A stretch of DNA of 63,016 nucleotides, counting the filler, from Reclinomonas americana ATCC 50394 (taxonomy: Eukaryota): the NCBI GenBank assembly GCA_048213135.1. It is 12 parts of 6 records of this genome, joined end to end, with 100 filler letters (N's around TTAATTAATTAA, not from the genome) between each part and the next. Parts side by side here need not be neighbours in the genome. Positions count along the whole stretch, not along the records: positions 29,983 to 33,598 come from PS015842.1; positions 33,699 to 38,613 come from PS015843.1; positions 38,714 to 46,349 come from PS015843.1; 9 more parts are not named here. One strand, 5' to 3'. The notes under the pieces are model-generated. The model was not told the origin of the DNA and ran no database searches. It saw nothing but the letters and a program-made list of their open reading frames with translations. Positions 30,351 to 43,800 of this stretch are shown in pieces. Made by a program: the position numbers and the translations under genes. The stretch's first letter is position 1. Each line of letters starts with the position of its first letter.

Positions 30351-31649
30351 CCAGTTGCGAGAGTGGATCACACTGCTGCCAGTGAGCACAATGGTAGTGC
30401 GTTCTCGTGGCTGAGAGGACGAGCTTGTCGCTGAGAGTTGCAGAGATCTCTCTCATCACTGTGGATGAACGCCTATGGCTCACTGCAATGGCCTGGCAAT
30501 GTGACTGACTGAGATCTCACAGCGAGCCCCTCGCCGCACAGCCATCTGTCAAATGTCGAGTCGTGAGAGAGCACAAGGGTTTTGCGCGTTCTCTTGCCGA
30601 GAGGATGAGCTTCTTTGAGGGAGCACTCTCTGCAATGCGCGTTGCCGTCACTTATTCGAGAGGTTTGAGTGCCTGTGGGAACCTATTGCCGTGGCCACGA
30701 GGGTTGTTCTTGTGGCAAGGAGGATCGTCACCAGTCGGCTGCAGTCGCAATGAGCACGTCTTCTTGTCATGTAACAAGTGTGGCACTGTCGCGGTGAGTC
30801 GCCTGTATCTCTCACTCCGACACTCATCTTCACCTCCACCTCCCTTCTTTGCCTTCTCCTTTGACTTGACTTACTTCCTTTTAGTGTCTCACCACTGCGC
30901 ACCCTCTGGAACTCTCAGCCGTGCCCGACTGTGGATGATATGGCGCAAAACTCCGTACGCTTTTTCTCCTTTCTTGCACTTCCTTTGTCGACGCTACCCC
31001 ACTGCGCTATGTGATCGTTTCTGTCCTGCTGCTGCTTCTGGTCTTCACATGCACAGAGAGAGAGAAGGAGAATGTCGTCTGTCTGTAAGTGATGACTGAC
31101 ATTCCTTAATCATCATCAGTGGCCGGTGCACTGTGGACGCGCGCCGAGTACTTGCGCAACGAGATGAGTCATGAGGCGAATCAAGCTGTTCCCTTCTTCC
31201 TAGTCGCGTGGCATGTGGCATGTGGCATGTGGCATGCCCCACTTCCTGTTTCTTGCACGAGATTGAATCGCCACCTCAATTTCTTTCTCCCTCGTCCACC
31301 TCCTTTTGCTTGCCGCCGTGCTCTCATTATCGCATCTCATATGCTCTCTCACTCTCTGCGTGCGCGTGTGGTGCGTTGGCGTCGAATGAGTGTCAACTTG
31401 CGGTCGAGTTGGTCGCCTGCCACTTCTGTTTTTCATGTATTGACCGAGGGCGGGCGTCTCTGTATCTTCGTTTCCTCGCGGTTGCGTTCGTCGACAGTGT
31501 AGCGAGTGTTGTCTGAGTCTTTGGGCCTCACATCTGTTATATACGCGCGTGGTAGCTGAAGTCTAAGAAGAGAGGGCCTGTTTTTTTTCTGTCTCTCTCC
31601 TGTCGTTCATGCACTCTCTCCTTCTCCTCACACATTCGAGTGCCGGCTA

Positions 31650-32040
31650 CAACCCTCTGACTCTTGCGAGGCCTGAGAAGAGGGTGTTTGAGGCGACAAT
31701 TTTTTGCGTCACCACCTCTCCTCAGCCCCCTCTCTCTTACTTTACTCTCCTTCTCCTCCTCTCGTATGCTCTTTGTCTATCTGTGGACACTCTAGTGTCG
31801 GCTGCATCTGACTCTTGCGAGGCCTGCGCTGAGAGGAGAGTGTTTGAGGCGACCCTTTTTGCGCCGCCACCTCTCTTCAGCTCCCTGTCTCTTACTTTCA
31901 AGAACTAACTCTCCTTCTCCTCCTCTCGTATGCTCTTTGTCCATCTGCGGACACTCGAGTGCCGACTGCATCTCTCTGACTCTTGTGGTCTGTGCAAAGA
32001 AGATGGAGTTACTGATGGTCGTTTGCGCCGCCACCTCTCT
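31650..32040. repeat. Degenerate tandem repeat, ~150-170 bp unit, 2-3 copies, intergenic
   Basis: CTGACTCTTG(CGAGGCCTG) at ~31657, ~31808 and ~31976; CTCCTTCTCCTCCTCTCGTATGCTCTTTGTC occurs twice. Confidence 0.7.
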
Positions 32041-32912
32041 TGCTGTCTCCTCTCTCTTGCATGTACACAATCTCTCCACGCATACTCGTATGTATCGGTG
32101 GGTGCGTCAGTGCTGCTTGCAGCTTTTCTTCTTGTTGAGGAGTCGTGTTATTGCAGCATCGCGTCTTGGTTTTCCTCAATACGTGCACAAACTCCACCCA
32201 TGCGTATTTTTTTCCATCTGCTCAGTGGTGGCTGCGACTCTCTGCCTCTGTTAGGCTTGTGCTCGTGCTTGAAACGACCTTGCTGTTGCAGCAGTGCAAT
32301 CGTTTCCAATCATTCTGTACACACTCGCTGTTTGCCTTCTCAATAGTTTGGTTGTTAAACACACTTCTCTCTGCATCTCTCCCTCCTGTTCCTCACGCTC
32401 CCTCCCTCCTGCTTTGCGTTACGGACCATTTCTGGCATCCAACTCCGCTCATGACGCCATTGTTGTGTTCACTCTTGCAAAATCGGCATATTTTCCCCTA
32501 TTTCCGCAGTCGCACCCACTGCATACTCGCGTAACTCCTCATCCTCCTCCTCCACCACCACCCTCACTTGTGTACTAGCACGTGCTGCATGTGCATTTTG
32601 CCACATTTGCCTATTTTGGCGCGCCATGCCGCCCCCCCCCCCCCCCCGACTGTTGCACTCTCCTCTCTCGCTGTTCTCTTGTCGCTCCTCATCAGTGCAC
32701 GAGCTCCGTCAGTGCAAGTCATGCACCGCTCTGCCGCTCTCTCGATTTGGCACACTATCGGTCATGAGATATCGGCCAGTCTTTTATCCCCGTTAAGTCT
32801 CTCTCACGCTCATGTCTAGCCTTGACCTTGCAATGCACGGCGAGTTCCATCAACTCGCCTTGCTCCGTTCTCCTGTCATGATGCGTGTTGTTGAGTGTGC
32901 GTGATGGTATGT

Positions 32913-32950
<38 letters not shown>

Positions 32951-33439
32951 CTGTCACTGTTTTTGTCACGATATCGGCTTTGTTTATCTCCTCACAGTCT
33001 CTCACTCATGCTCCATCTCCATCTCACGGCTTCACCGACCTTGCATTTCCTCTCTTCTGTGCACCACCTCTCCTGCGCATCACCGAGTTCTCCACGCCCG
33101 TGCGACCCGAATGTTGCGGAGAGAGAATTGTTGTGTGGCTGTGTCGGCGTTGTTGTCTCACTCTTGTCCTTGCCCGTTGCAGTTAGCGCCCCTCGCGCTC
33201 CTCCCCCTCCTAGCACCGAGCTGGAGTCACCCGGCTCTCCGTGGCTCATGGCTGGTGGCACTCCTTTCAAGCCACTCCTTGTGTTCTCTTTCTCTTTCTC
33301 TCTCCCATCTGCAAACGCGCTCTGTCAACTCGTCTCTCTCTCTCTTCCTCACCACTTCCTCGTTCTCCCTGTCTGCATACGAGTCAACTCGTCGTCTCTC
33401 AGTGCATTCTGGAGTTTGCATCATGCATATCGACGCTCC

Positions 33440-33500
<61 letters not shown>

Positions 33501-33772
33501 CTACCTCTCTACACGCTACACTACTCGTCGTCTCTCTCTCTCTCTCTCTCTCACACTACACACTCACTACGACGTCGACGTTACGTACGTACGTACGANN
33601 NNNNNNNNNNNNNNNNNNNNNNNNNNNNNNNNNNNNNNNNNNTTAATTAATTAANNNNNNNNNNNNNNNNNNNNNNNNNNNNNNNNNNNNNNNNNNNNCT
33701 CTCTCTCTCCTCCTCCTCTCTCTTCTTCTTCTTGTTGTTCTTCTCTCTCTCCTCCTCCTCCTCCTCCTCCTC

Positions 33773-33810
<38 letters not shown>

Positions 33811-35511
33811 TCTCTCTTCTATATCTCCCGTGTCTCCATTCTTGGTTTCAGGCAATTCTTTTTATTGGCCGTGCTCTTTCGCTCGGGCTGCCGCTGCTCT
33901 CCATCGCATAATCGACCACGCAGTCTCTCTTTCGCCAGCAACGTATCACTCGCGCTGCGCGCACGCATCCTGCATGCTCTAGTAAAACGAAACCACTGTA
34001 CTCGTATCGTTCTGTCTCTCGCGACCGTGTGAGTGTACCATCTCAGCTCATCTCGATATTGCACCCAGGCCAAGAGAGCAGAACACCAACACTGGCGCCT
34101 CTGCTACTGATAGGTGGTACATTGTGGTGGTCGGCATCAGCTAGGCACAACAACCAGTCTCTCTGCACAGCAGATTCTGATTGTGTTCCTCCCGTATCAT
34201 TCCTTCGCTCCTCTTCCCCCTCCTTCATCACTCTTTGCTTCCCCACAAGCACCGTGCTTATCTCTGTCTCTCACTCTCTCGTTTGCCCTATCCTTCTCTC
34301 GCATTCTCTGCACTCTCACTGGCCACTCTGTATTCGCTCTCCCACCCTCTTCGCACGCACCCACTCTTTTACTGTACTATGCAACGCACACATCTGAGTC
34401 ACTCACTGTGCACACCAAACTCACCCCAAGACAGGCAACAACGCATTCTGTTTTCCCCTTAGAGGCAACATGCCATCTCCCTCCCACTCTTTCCTGGCAC
34501 GAAGGACTGTCACAGCAGGTATGCTAGGCACTCGTCCACCACTCTGCTCTATTCACACACATGCACACACACCACTGCGCACACCCGCAGGCGACGCGCG
34601 ACGAACAAGTCGACTGATGGCAATGGTCATGTCGCCAACACACTGCTGCTGTCTGTGCCTGTATGCATACTTGATCGCCATGAGCAGTGTGTCTCTATCT
34701 CTTCTTGCATCCATGGCCAGCCTCACCACTCGCACAGCTGTGCGTGCGCGTCTGCTGGTGTCAGTGTGAGTGTGCGAGTGTCAGGATCATGGCATGTCCA
34801 TTGTTTGCGTTCCTCCACCAAACACTCTTTGTGCTGTCTGTCTGTCTGCCTGTCTATGCAGCAGCACCGACACGAAACACACTTGCATGCATGCATTGCC
34901 GGCGTGCAGCGACAACCTCTCCCCCGTGGCAGAGGTGAGTCCTGTATTGCCGGTTCTGGACAACGCCGAGTCGCGCACTCGCAACACAGCCTTCCTCTGC
35001 AACTAACCAGCCTCCGCCTCCAACAAGATCCTCGTCACACACAAAGCTGTCAACCAATAATCATCTGACAACACGCAGACACAAACATGGTTCGGAGCCA
35101 GCATTTCTCCCGATTTCGATAGACCTCGATATTTTGTTTCTCGAAACGTGTATCGGGTTCGCCACAACAGAGTGTCTGTCATCTACCACCGCGCATGTCT
35201 TCCCCGACACCAGCCAAAACGCACGCACACGCTGCCCGTCGCGATGCGGTCTTACAACCCGAACCAGCCGAATATGGTAATCGATATTCCGACAACACTT
35301 TTTGTACACTTTTGCCTGCCCGCGCCGCTCTTCCTCTGCCCCTCCATCACCTTCTCCTCTTCCTCCACACTGTGCACCACACACCGCCCATCAAGCCATG
35401 ATCATGTGCGTGTCCGATCGGAAGCAACTGGATCAAAACTCGATCCGTCTAGATCTGCAAACTTCTCTTCACTCTGTGCGTGCGAGAGCGCACTGTCTCT
35501 CTCTCTCACTC

Positions 35512-37337
35512 ATGACAACCACAACAACCACGACCACCGCCACCAACCCCGTCGCCTTGAGCACCGACGAGGCACTGGAAGAGGCGCTCCAGCAGTCCGT
35601 CATTCGCGAGGCCATGGTGCACGAGGGTGTGGAGGTGGAGGAGGTCCGGAGCATTTTGCGACCATGCATCCTGGCCTTCCCCAATGGACGGGCACAGGAC
35701 TTGAAGGCAGACGATCGGAAGAGGCGCTTGGAGGAGCTGAGGGAGCGCTATCCGGCGTTTTGCAAGGTGAGTGTGCGGATACGGAGAATTCTTGGTGTGA
35801 GTGAGTGAGTGAGGGCGCGTGTCATGAGTGGTCACTGTGTGTGCATGTGTGTGTGTGTGGCGGTGTGTGCTGCGTCTCTCGTGGCTATGTTGTGTTCCAT
35901 ACAGCTCTACGATATGCATGCCGCCGGCATCAGCACAAGATTGCTGTCTATCTCTCCCTCTCTCTCCCTCTCTCCTCTTTGTCTGTCTGTTAGGCGTAAG
36001 TGCTATTCCCGCAGTCTGTCTATGTGGGTGCGTGTGTCTTATTCCACTGCTGGGTTCTGTGTGGGAGCGATTCATATGCATGTTGTCGTCAATATGCACG
36101 CTGGAAACCAAACCTTCCCCCAATACCGCCACACATTCTCGCATTCTCGCACACACTCTCTCTGCACACACACTCTCTCTGCACTCGCCACCACCGCAGT
36201 GCTACACATCACTTTTTGTCTAGCAGAACACTCCCTCTCAGCGTTCTTTCGTGAAAAGCACACGTGCATTCGCACACACACAGGACGAATCGATTGCCTA
36301 ATCAGGAGATGCAACTTTTTGTGCAGGTCTTGCCGACCCACCCGGTGAAGGGCGAGCGCATGGAGAAGCGATGCACGAGGCGGCGCATCCGCCTTAGCTC
36401 CGTGTTGAGCATGGTCAACGAGGAGAGAGCGCGTCAATCGTTGCGTCTTTTTGCTGCGTCCTCTTTTGTATCGAGTTGTGTTCGGTATTTCGTGACGCCT
36501 GTGGTGGTGGTGATGTGCAGGCGCAAGGCACTGAAGAAGAACGACTGCTTGTGGCGCGCATGCCGCGAGGCCTTGATGGCGCTGCAAGGCGCCAGTCGCA
36601 AACGCGGCTGCTGCAGCCAATGGCGCATGCTGTCGACCATGGACTGGTCCGACGAGGCGGAAAAACTGACCGTGGCGCACGAGCAGAGAGTGTTGGCGGC
36701 CGCGGCCGGCGACAGCGACACCATGTGCAGCGCCTCCACCACCGACGACGGCGACGAAGGAGCGCCTCGCCGTGCGCGGCGTTCAAAGTCGACGGGCCCG
36801 CGCAAGTCGCGCGCGCGGGCGTCTGCTGCTGCTGCCGCTGGTGAGAGCAGTGGTGGCGGCCATGTCGCCGCGCCTCCGGCCAACCAGTTCTCGCACACCA
36901 GCGTATTCGAGCAGCCGCCATTGTCGCCGGACTGTCGCGACACATTGCCGCAGTTCCCGCCGCCGCTGCTGCTGGCGCCTCCCGTTCTGCCGATGATGGT
37001 GTTGGAATCTGGACAGGCACCGGTTCCACTGCCGCAGCGCGGACCCTCGGCGCTGATTGTGTTTTCGTCTGCCATGAGCGCGCCGCTGCTGCCGCCGTAC
37101 GCGGTGATGATGCCGGTGGCTCCGTCGCCAACGACCGATGTCCCCTCGATGTCGCGCTTCGATACCGGCGCGTCGATTCCGGATTCGTTGCACCTCGGCG
37201 AGCTCGAGTGCATGCAAGCTGCGGAAGCGGCGGATGCCGACGCGGAGAGAATGCTGGCGCGCGAGGAGTCTGTCGACAGCGACGACACTGGCGATGCGGA
37301 GTGGTCACTGTTTTGGCCGCAGGTGCCACACCTATAG
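35512..37337 (+). CDS. Hypothetical protein (basic helical region, then Pro-rich and acidic C-terminus)
   Basis: Exon 35512-35766 (AAG|GTGAGT) splices to 36327 and stays open to TAG at 37337, with a probable 81-nt intron at 36440-36520. No family recognised. Confidence 0.6.
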
Positions 37338-37948
37338 TAGAATTCGAATACCGGCGGGTTCGAGAATAATCGTGTGCAATGACGCACTCTCGCTCGCTCG
37401 CTCGCACCCACCCACCCACCATGTTGCAAGAGGATGTAATAAGTGAAATCGCTGGCCTTATCGTACGCTTGACATCAATGACGGCTTGCTGCGGCTTCCG
37501 GTATCAACTTCGCATGTCCGACTGCAGCGCTGCGCTCAGACAGCACATGATAGACAGAGAGGAGAGAGCAATAGTCCGCGATACTTCTGCTCTGCGCGTG
37601 ATTGCAGGCGCGAGTGATTCACGACATTTCGGCTGTCCTGCGACGATAATTTTGTCTTCTGTCGCATGTGCAATGCCGTGCTGAGGCAGAGAGTGAAAAC
37701 GAGAGAAGAGAAGAGACCACAGCTCCCTCCCCTCTGCGCATGCTTGCAGAGACGGGTGAGTCACGACATTCAGTTTGTCCTGCGACAGTACATCTTGTCT
37801 TCTTTTGCATTTGTGCACCGCATCGCTCAGGCAGCGAGTGAAAGAGAGAGAAGACCAATCCTCATCACCTCGCATCTGTGTGTACTTGCAGAGACGCGAA
37901 TCACTCCCGGCATTCCGTTTGTCCTGCGACGTCAATCAACTCACACAC

Positions 37949-40850
37949 ATGCGCAAGGGCAAGTCTCTCTTGGGCGACCAGCTCGCCGATCTACTCAACC
38001 CCAAGCCACGCGGTACGTGATCCTCCTTGCACTCTCTCGCACACACAAGTGTCCTCGCGTGTGTGTGCGCCATGTGCACATTCACATCACCAACCTCACC
38101 TCGCCACCTTGCTTTGTGTAGACTTTGATCCGGAGGAAGCGGATGGTCGCGCGCAAGTCGATCGTTATGTAGCCAGCGATGAGGAAGATAGCGGGAGCGA
38201 TGATGATGATGATGGCGATCAGCGTGTGCGACGACCAGCGGTGACTCACCAGTTGCGCTCATCACACACGCACAGCGGCACTCGTCCTCTCACTTGCTGC
38301 ACAAATGTGTCTCTTCCTCTGCCTCCTCTCTCACTGCATGCAAGCATCATTGCTGCACTCTCTTCTTGTCCCTCTCTTCATTGTCTCTTCTCCCTTTCCC
38401 TTCTCCTGCAGTCGTTGCATTCACTCTCTGTTTGTCTCTCTCCGTCCCCCTTCTCCCCCTTCTCCCCTTCTCTTCCCCTTCTCTTTCCCCTTCGTCTTCC
38501 CCCTTCGTCTTCCCCCTTCGTCTTCCCCCTTCGTCTTCCCCCTTCGTCTTCCCCTTTCCTTCCCCCTTTTCCTTCCCCCTTTTCCTTCCCCCTTTTCCCT
38601 CCCCCTTCTCTTCNNNNNNNNNNNNNNNNNNNNNNNNNNNNNNNNNNNNNNNNNNNNTTAATTAATTAANNNNNNNNNNNNNNNNNNNNNNNNNNNNNNN
38701 NNNNNNNNNNNNNAAGAAGATGAAGGAGAAGAGGAGGAGCAGGAGGAGGAAGGGGAGGAGGGTCGCACGCGCACGCTTTTGGAGGAGCTGCAGGACTTGA
38801 GTGACTCGTACGACGAAGACGAGGAGGATGAGGAGCAGGCGGAGATGAAGAAGAAGAAGCAAATGAGCAAGAAAACAAAGAGGAGAAAAGCGGCGGTGGT
38901 GAGTGACAATGGTGGTTGCCTTGAGAAAGAGTGTGCTGCTGATGTTCTGTGCAGGAGAGCGATGACGACGATGATGACGACGCTGACGATGGCGATGAAG
39001 AGGAGGGACTGGGACTCGGGGAGCTCGGCGATGAGCTGGAGACGATTGCGCGCGAGCAGCAGAAGAGCAAGATGAAGCTGGTGTCGGATTCGTCGGCAGA
39101 CGATGTGCAAAAGGGACTGCATGCACGGAATCAAAGAGTTGCGGGGCGACAAGACGCCGGAGAATTGGGATGTGAGGCTTTTCGCTGACTCTCTGTGCAC
39201 AGGGCCTCTACAACTCGTTCCTGCGCATGCGCATCCATCTGCAGCGACCGCTGACGGCCGCCAACCGCCTGCCGCAACACGACACCCTCGGTGCCTTTGT
39301 GGAGTCGTCTGCCAAGGCGAAATCATCGCTGGAGGCGGCCAAGGAGACGGCGTACTCGCTGTTTGGCGAAATGCTGGCGCTGGAACGTGTGTTGCACAAT
39401 CAGCGCCCGGAGAAAGGCAAGACGTCGGACATGGAGGCGGAGGGTGACGATGTGGCGCCGCAGAGCATTGACGAGGCGTGGGAACGGCTCGAGGCTCATC
39501 GGCAAGTGCTGGACGAGTACCGCGATGAGACCCTGGAGCGTGTCAGTCGACGTGTGCAGGTCACCAGTGGACAGTCATTCACGCAGCAGTTCAAGGCTGT
39601 GAACTTGGTTTGTTTTTTGGTTCATTATTCAAGACTTGGGCTGTCGTGTCTGACATGCAGCGGCGCACAGGGAGTCATCTCTCAAGTGCACATGCTGATG
39701 CGAGCACCGGAGCGACTTGTGGGGAAGACACAGCAGAAGCGGTTCGAGGGGCGCATTCTTGGCAAGGTGTGTTTTTGTTTATAGAATCCCTCTTTTTTCG
39801 TGGCAATCTGAACTCTTCGTGTTGTTTTCTTCCTCTTCTGTCACTCTTGGTTTGCATTCTGAGCTCTGCTTGCCTTTCCTCTCGCCATTCTCCTCCCCTT
39901 CCACCCGTGGATCTCCACCTGGCCGTTTTCTAACCACCAAGCTGCCTCCGCCCTCTCCTGTCTCTCTTGGTTGCTCATCGCCCTTCGCTGCTCTCCTCTA
40001 CTGTCACTCCATTTGTTGTCATTTTGAACTCCTACTTACCTTTGCTCACAAACCTTGCATTCACAGCTTCTTGTTCTCATGTCTACTTGTCATTATGCGC
40101 GCGTCTGGCCACCCTCTCGTGTCTCTCTAGGTTGCTGAGCGACTTCCATCCTCTCACATCGCACTTCACTCCTGACTGTCGTTCAGATGTCCATCTGCAA
40201 TCTTTCTCTCTTGTTGCTCTCTCTCTCTCTCTTCGTGGTCACTTATTGCATCCGCGCCCTTTGTTCTCTCCTCCCCTGTCTTCCGCCTGCTTCCCTTTCC
40301 CACTCATCCACCGCTCTTTGTTCTCCTCTCCCCTTCACCAACCCTCTCTCCCGCACAGCGCCCTTCTTCCTCCTCCTCCACCACCACCACCGCTGGCGAC
40401 GACGGCGATGCTGGCGAGCCACCGCAGAAGCGCCACGAGATCGACGAGGAGATCTTTGATGACACCGACTTTTACCAGCAAGTGTTGCTGCGCGACATTA
40501 TCAGCGAAACGACAGACGGGGGCGCGGGTGCCGACGACTTGGAAACCATGATGGCCTCGCGGGCGCTCCAGCGACGAGTGCCGTCCATTAAGAAGCACTA
40601 CGAAGACAGGGGAGGCAGCAAGGGTCGGAAACTGCGGTGCGTGGGGGACACAGGCAGAGAGAGAGAGAAGAGAAGAGAAGAGAGATGCACGTACCGCATG
40701 CTTCGCGCTCACGATTTCTCTCTCTCTCTCTTATAATCCAGGTACGAGGTGCACGAGAAGCTGGTCGGCTTTTCAGTGCCGCTGCCGTTCGAATACCCGC
40801 CCACAACCGACAGCATAGTGGTGAATCTGTTTGGCAAGAAGCCCACATAA
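37949..40850 (+). CDS. AATF: AATF/Bfr2/Traube, small-subunit processome protein
   Basis: LGDQLADLLNPKPR|DFDPEE; acidic tract; KGLHARNQR|GLYNSFLRMRIHLQRPLTAANRLPQ; QFKAVNL; EIFDDTDFYQQVLLRDII; SKGRKLR|YEVHEKLVGF...NLFG. Confidence 0.92.
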
Positions 40851-40868
40851 ACGAGAAAACGATGCTGG

Positions 40869-43800
40869 TCATGGTCGGCGGTGGATGCCCAATTGCTCGT
40901 CCTCCACTTGCTGCAGGAGCGTGAGTGGCGCAGTGTGTGCGTAGTGCGGAGACTCATCCGTTTCGTCGTCGGCGTCGTCGTCGTCGCCGCCGCGGTGCAG
41001 GGCCTTGGTCAGTCGATGCGCCGTGGCACCAAAGAGGGCCTCAAAGCGCGGCGAGAAGCGACGGCAAAAGAGCACGAGGTCGCGCAGCCCGCCAAACATG
41101 ACGCTCTGCGTCGTGCGCGGTCAGCAGGAAATGGCAGACAACAACAAGAGGATGAGAGTCACACCTTGATGGGTGCCTCAGGTGCATCGGTGTGAGTTTC
41201 ATCTCCGGCGGCCAGCGACACCAGCAGCGGCACGAGGTCGCGCCACGCACCCAGAAACTGCTGGTATGGGAGCGCCACGTTCTCCGCATCCACACTGCAC
41301 ATATCAGCAAGACGGGTGGTGAGGTACTGAAGGGGCAATATATTTCCTCATTCTTTCCCTCCTTCGCAACGTCTTGTGCACAGCCAGACACGCCATCTTG
41401 GTGCATCTCCACAGGACCAGCAAGTACTCTTGATCCGGCGAAGGTCCCTCTCTGTGCGAAGAATCAGCAACAACAAGCGCAACTCGGAGTGGAGTTCAAG
41501 CGCCGATGACGTAACGAATTCTGCAGCTGCGCCACCCCCGTCGCACCACCACCACCACCATTACCACCAGTAGCCTCGCCTCGCAACGCACACCACTGCT
41601 CGCCGACAGCATCACACAATCGCAATATCACTTCGTCATCGTTCGTCAGAGTCGTCGCCTCATCGTCAGCCGTCGCTGCGCGTGTGTCGTCCACCTGCCG
41701 GCAGCTGGCACCGTCGCGACACCGAATACGAGCGGCGGCAACCAGCAGCCAGAAGAGAATGCGCAGCTGTGCGTCGCGAGCGCCAGTGCCGGCAGTCTGC
41801 AACGGCACACAAAGAGATCTCAGCTTGTGAAATAGAGGGTTCACCTGTTGCCACTCCACTCACCGCTGTGCCTTGCCGACTCGCCGGCGCCGCGAGCATG
41901 GCAGCGAGCATCTCGGGCGACTGGCACGCCAATCGGAACGCACACTCGGAGGCCACTCGCAGCGCATCCACTTGATGGGCTACGAAAACGGAAGAGATCA
42001 GAAAAAAACAAGATGCGAGAAAAACGCATGCAGCAAAATGACGAAACAGGGCACGGGCAGAACCACTGGCGCAGCAAGCATGTCCACCAACGTTGACCAT
42101 ACGGTACGCGATCGCATCGACGCGGCGAGGCCATTGTGGAAGCGTGGTGCCGTCATGTCGAGTGCACAAGCCTGCACAATGGGTGTGAATAGCTGCGTTC
42201 TGGAGCCCGTGAAACGACACATGCACGCACCTCCAGTAACCGCTGGAGCTGTGCAAAGTACGGCGCCGTGCCGTGATCGACACAGGCACGCAGCAGGTTT
42301 GTTAGCTGCGACACTGAGTCGTCGGCACTCAGCAACGGGAGACCGCGACCCGGAGTGTTGTGCGCGAGAATTGCAGCGTGCACCTCACACACGGCCCCAA
42401 TGCTGCACACCGGCGAGCGCACGGCCGCCACTAAGCTGCGACGGATTGCGTCCACGCCCTCCAGCGACTGCCGCGAAATGAGAGAAAGACCATAATGTCA
42501 ACGCGCAAAGGCAGACCAACGCACCGACAGTGGCCGGCGAGCCGCCGAAAGCACCGCCTCGGCCAGTCGAAGGAGGGCGGTGCACAAGTCGCCGTCAGAG
42601 GCCAGGGCCGGCTGTCGCATCACACTCTCGAGCAGGCCACCGACGCCATCCACATGCGACACGTCGAGTTGCGCAGGGCACGCAAAACGCATGTACACCA
42701 CCAGCTTGGAGATGGTGGACGCTGGAGGGACGTCGGCGGTGGCCGCAAACGGATCCGTGGAGGAGACGAAGTCGGCGAGCTGCACGCACAAAATGATGGA
42801 GAGTACATGAGAAGCGAGTTCCTCTCCTATTCCTCGCTATTTCTTCAACTCACCGGCTTCTCCAGCGGCAGTTTTGCTTGCAGAAGCAACTCTTTCAGCT
42901 CCACAAACGCCGCTCCGTGATCTGCCAACACTCGACTCTGCTCGACCGCATCAATGGCCACCAGCGAGGAGGTGGTCACGCGAGCGAAAGCAGAGCACAG
43001 GAACTCGGCTCGCAGCGCGCGCCATCGACTGCTCGACGCACCCTTCTGCGGCGCCACGCACAACGCCTTCACCACCGTGCACAGCGACGTCGGAGAGACC
43101 CACGACTGGTGCTGCACAATGACGCGACAGCACTCGAGTGAGGCCTCGCTGGGCTCGCCGGCCAACACGGCCGCCGATGTTGCCGAACAGCACATGGTGA
43201 CCAACGTCTGCAACTCGCTCGAGTCGGCCTGAGGGGCGCCGTCCCGAAACACGGCCTGTGACATGTGCAGAGGGAGTGAGAGATCAGAAAGAGACAAAAA
43301 ACAAAGAACGTCGCGCACATGGCGAAGCATGGCGCAGAACGCAGAGCGCCAGTGCGCAGCGCACTCGGCGTTCCACGGTGCTGAGGTCACGCCTAATGCC
43401 GGCAGCAACAGGCGGAAGAAATGCACTTGCCACGGTCGAGCGTTTCTGGCGTTTCGACAACGGTGAGACTGCAGGGCGACATCGAAGGAACACATCGCAA
43501 GTCAACCCACCTTGAATTGCGCTCGACCCACTGCTGCATCTCCCGAGCAATCAGCAGCTGCAGTGGAGAATCATAGCGCGATTCACCCGTGACCTGTTGC
43601 TCCACTTCGCGCGTCATCGCCACCAGACAGTGGACGTACGGTTCCGAGCTGGCGCCTGCGACCAACACTTCAGGTCGCTGTGAGAGGCACTCCAGCAGCC
43701 GGAAATACAGCTCCACGCTTGCCAACTGCCGAGCGAGGGAAAAGAGTGAGCTTCTTGGAAGAGCAGAGGTGGTGAGCCAGATACAAAAGACCTTGAGACT

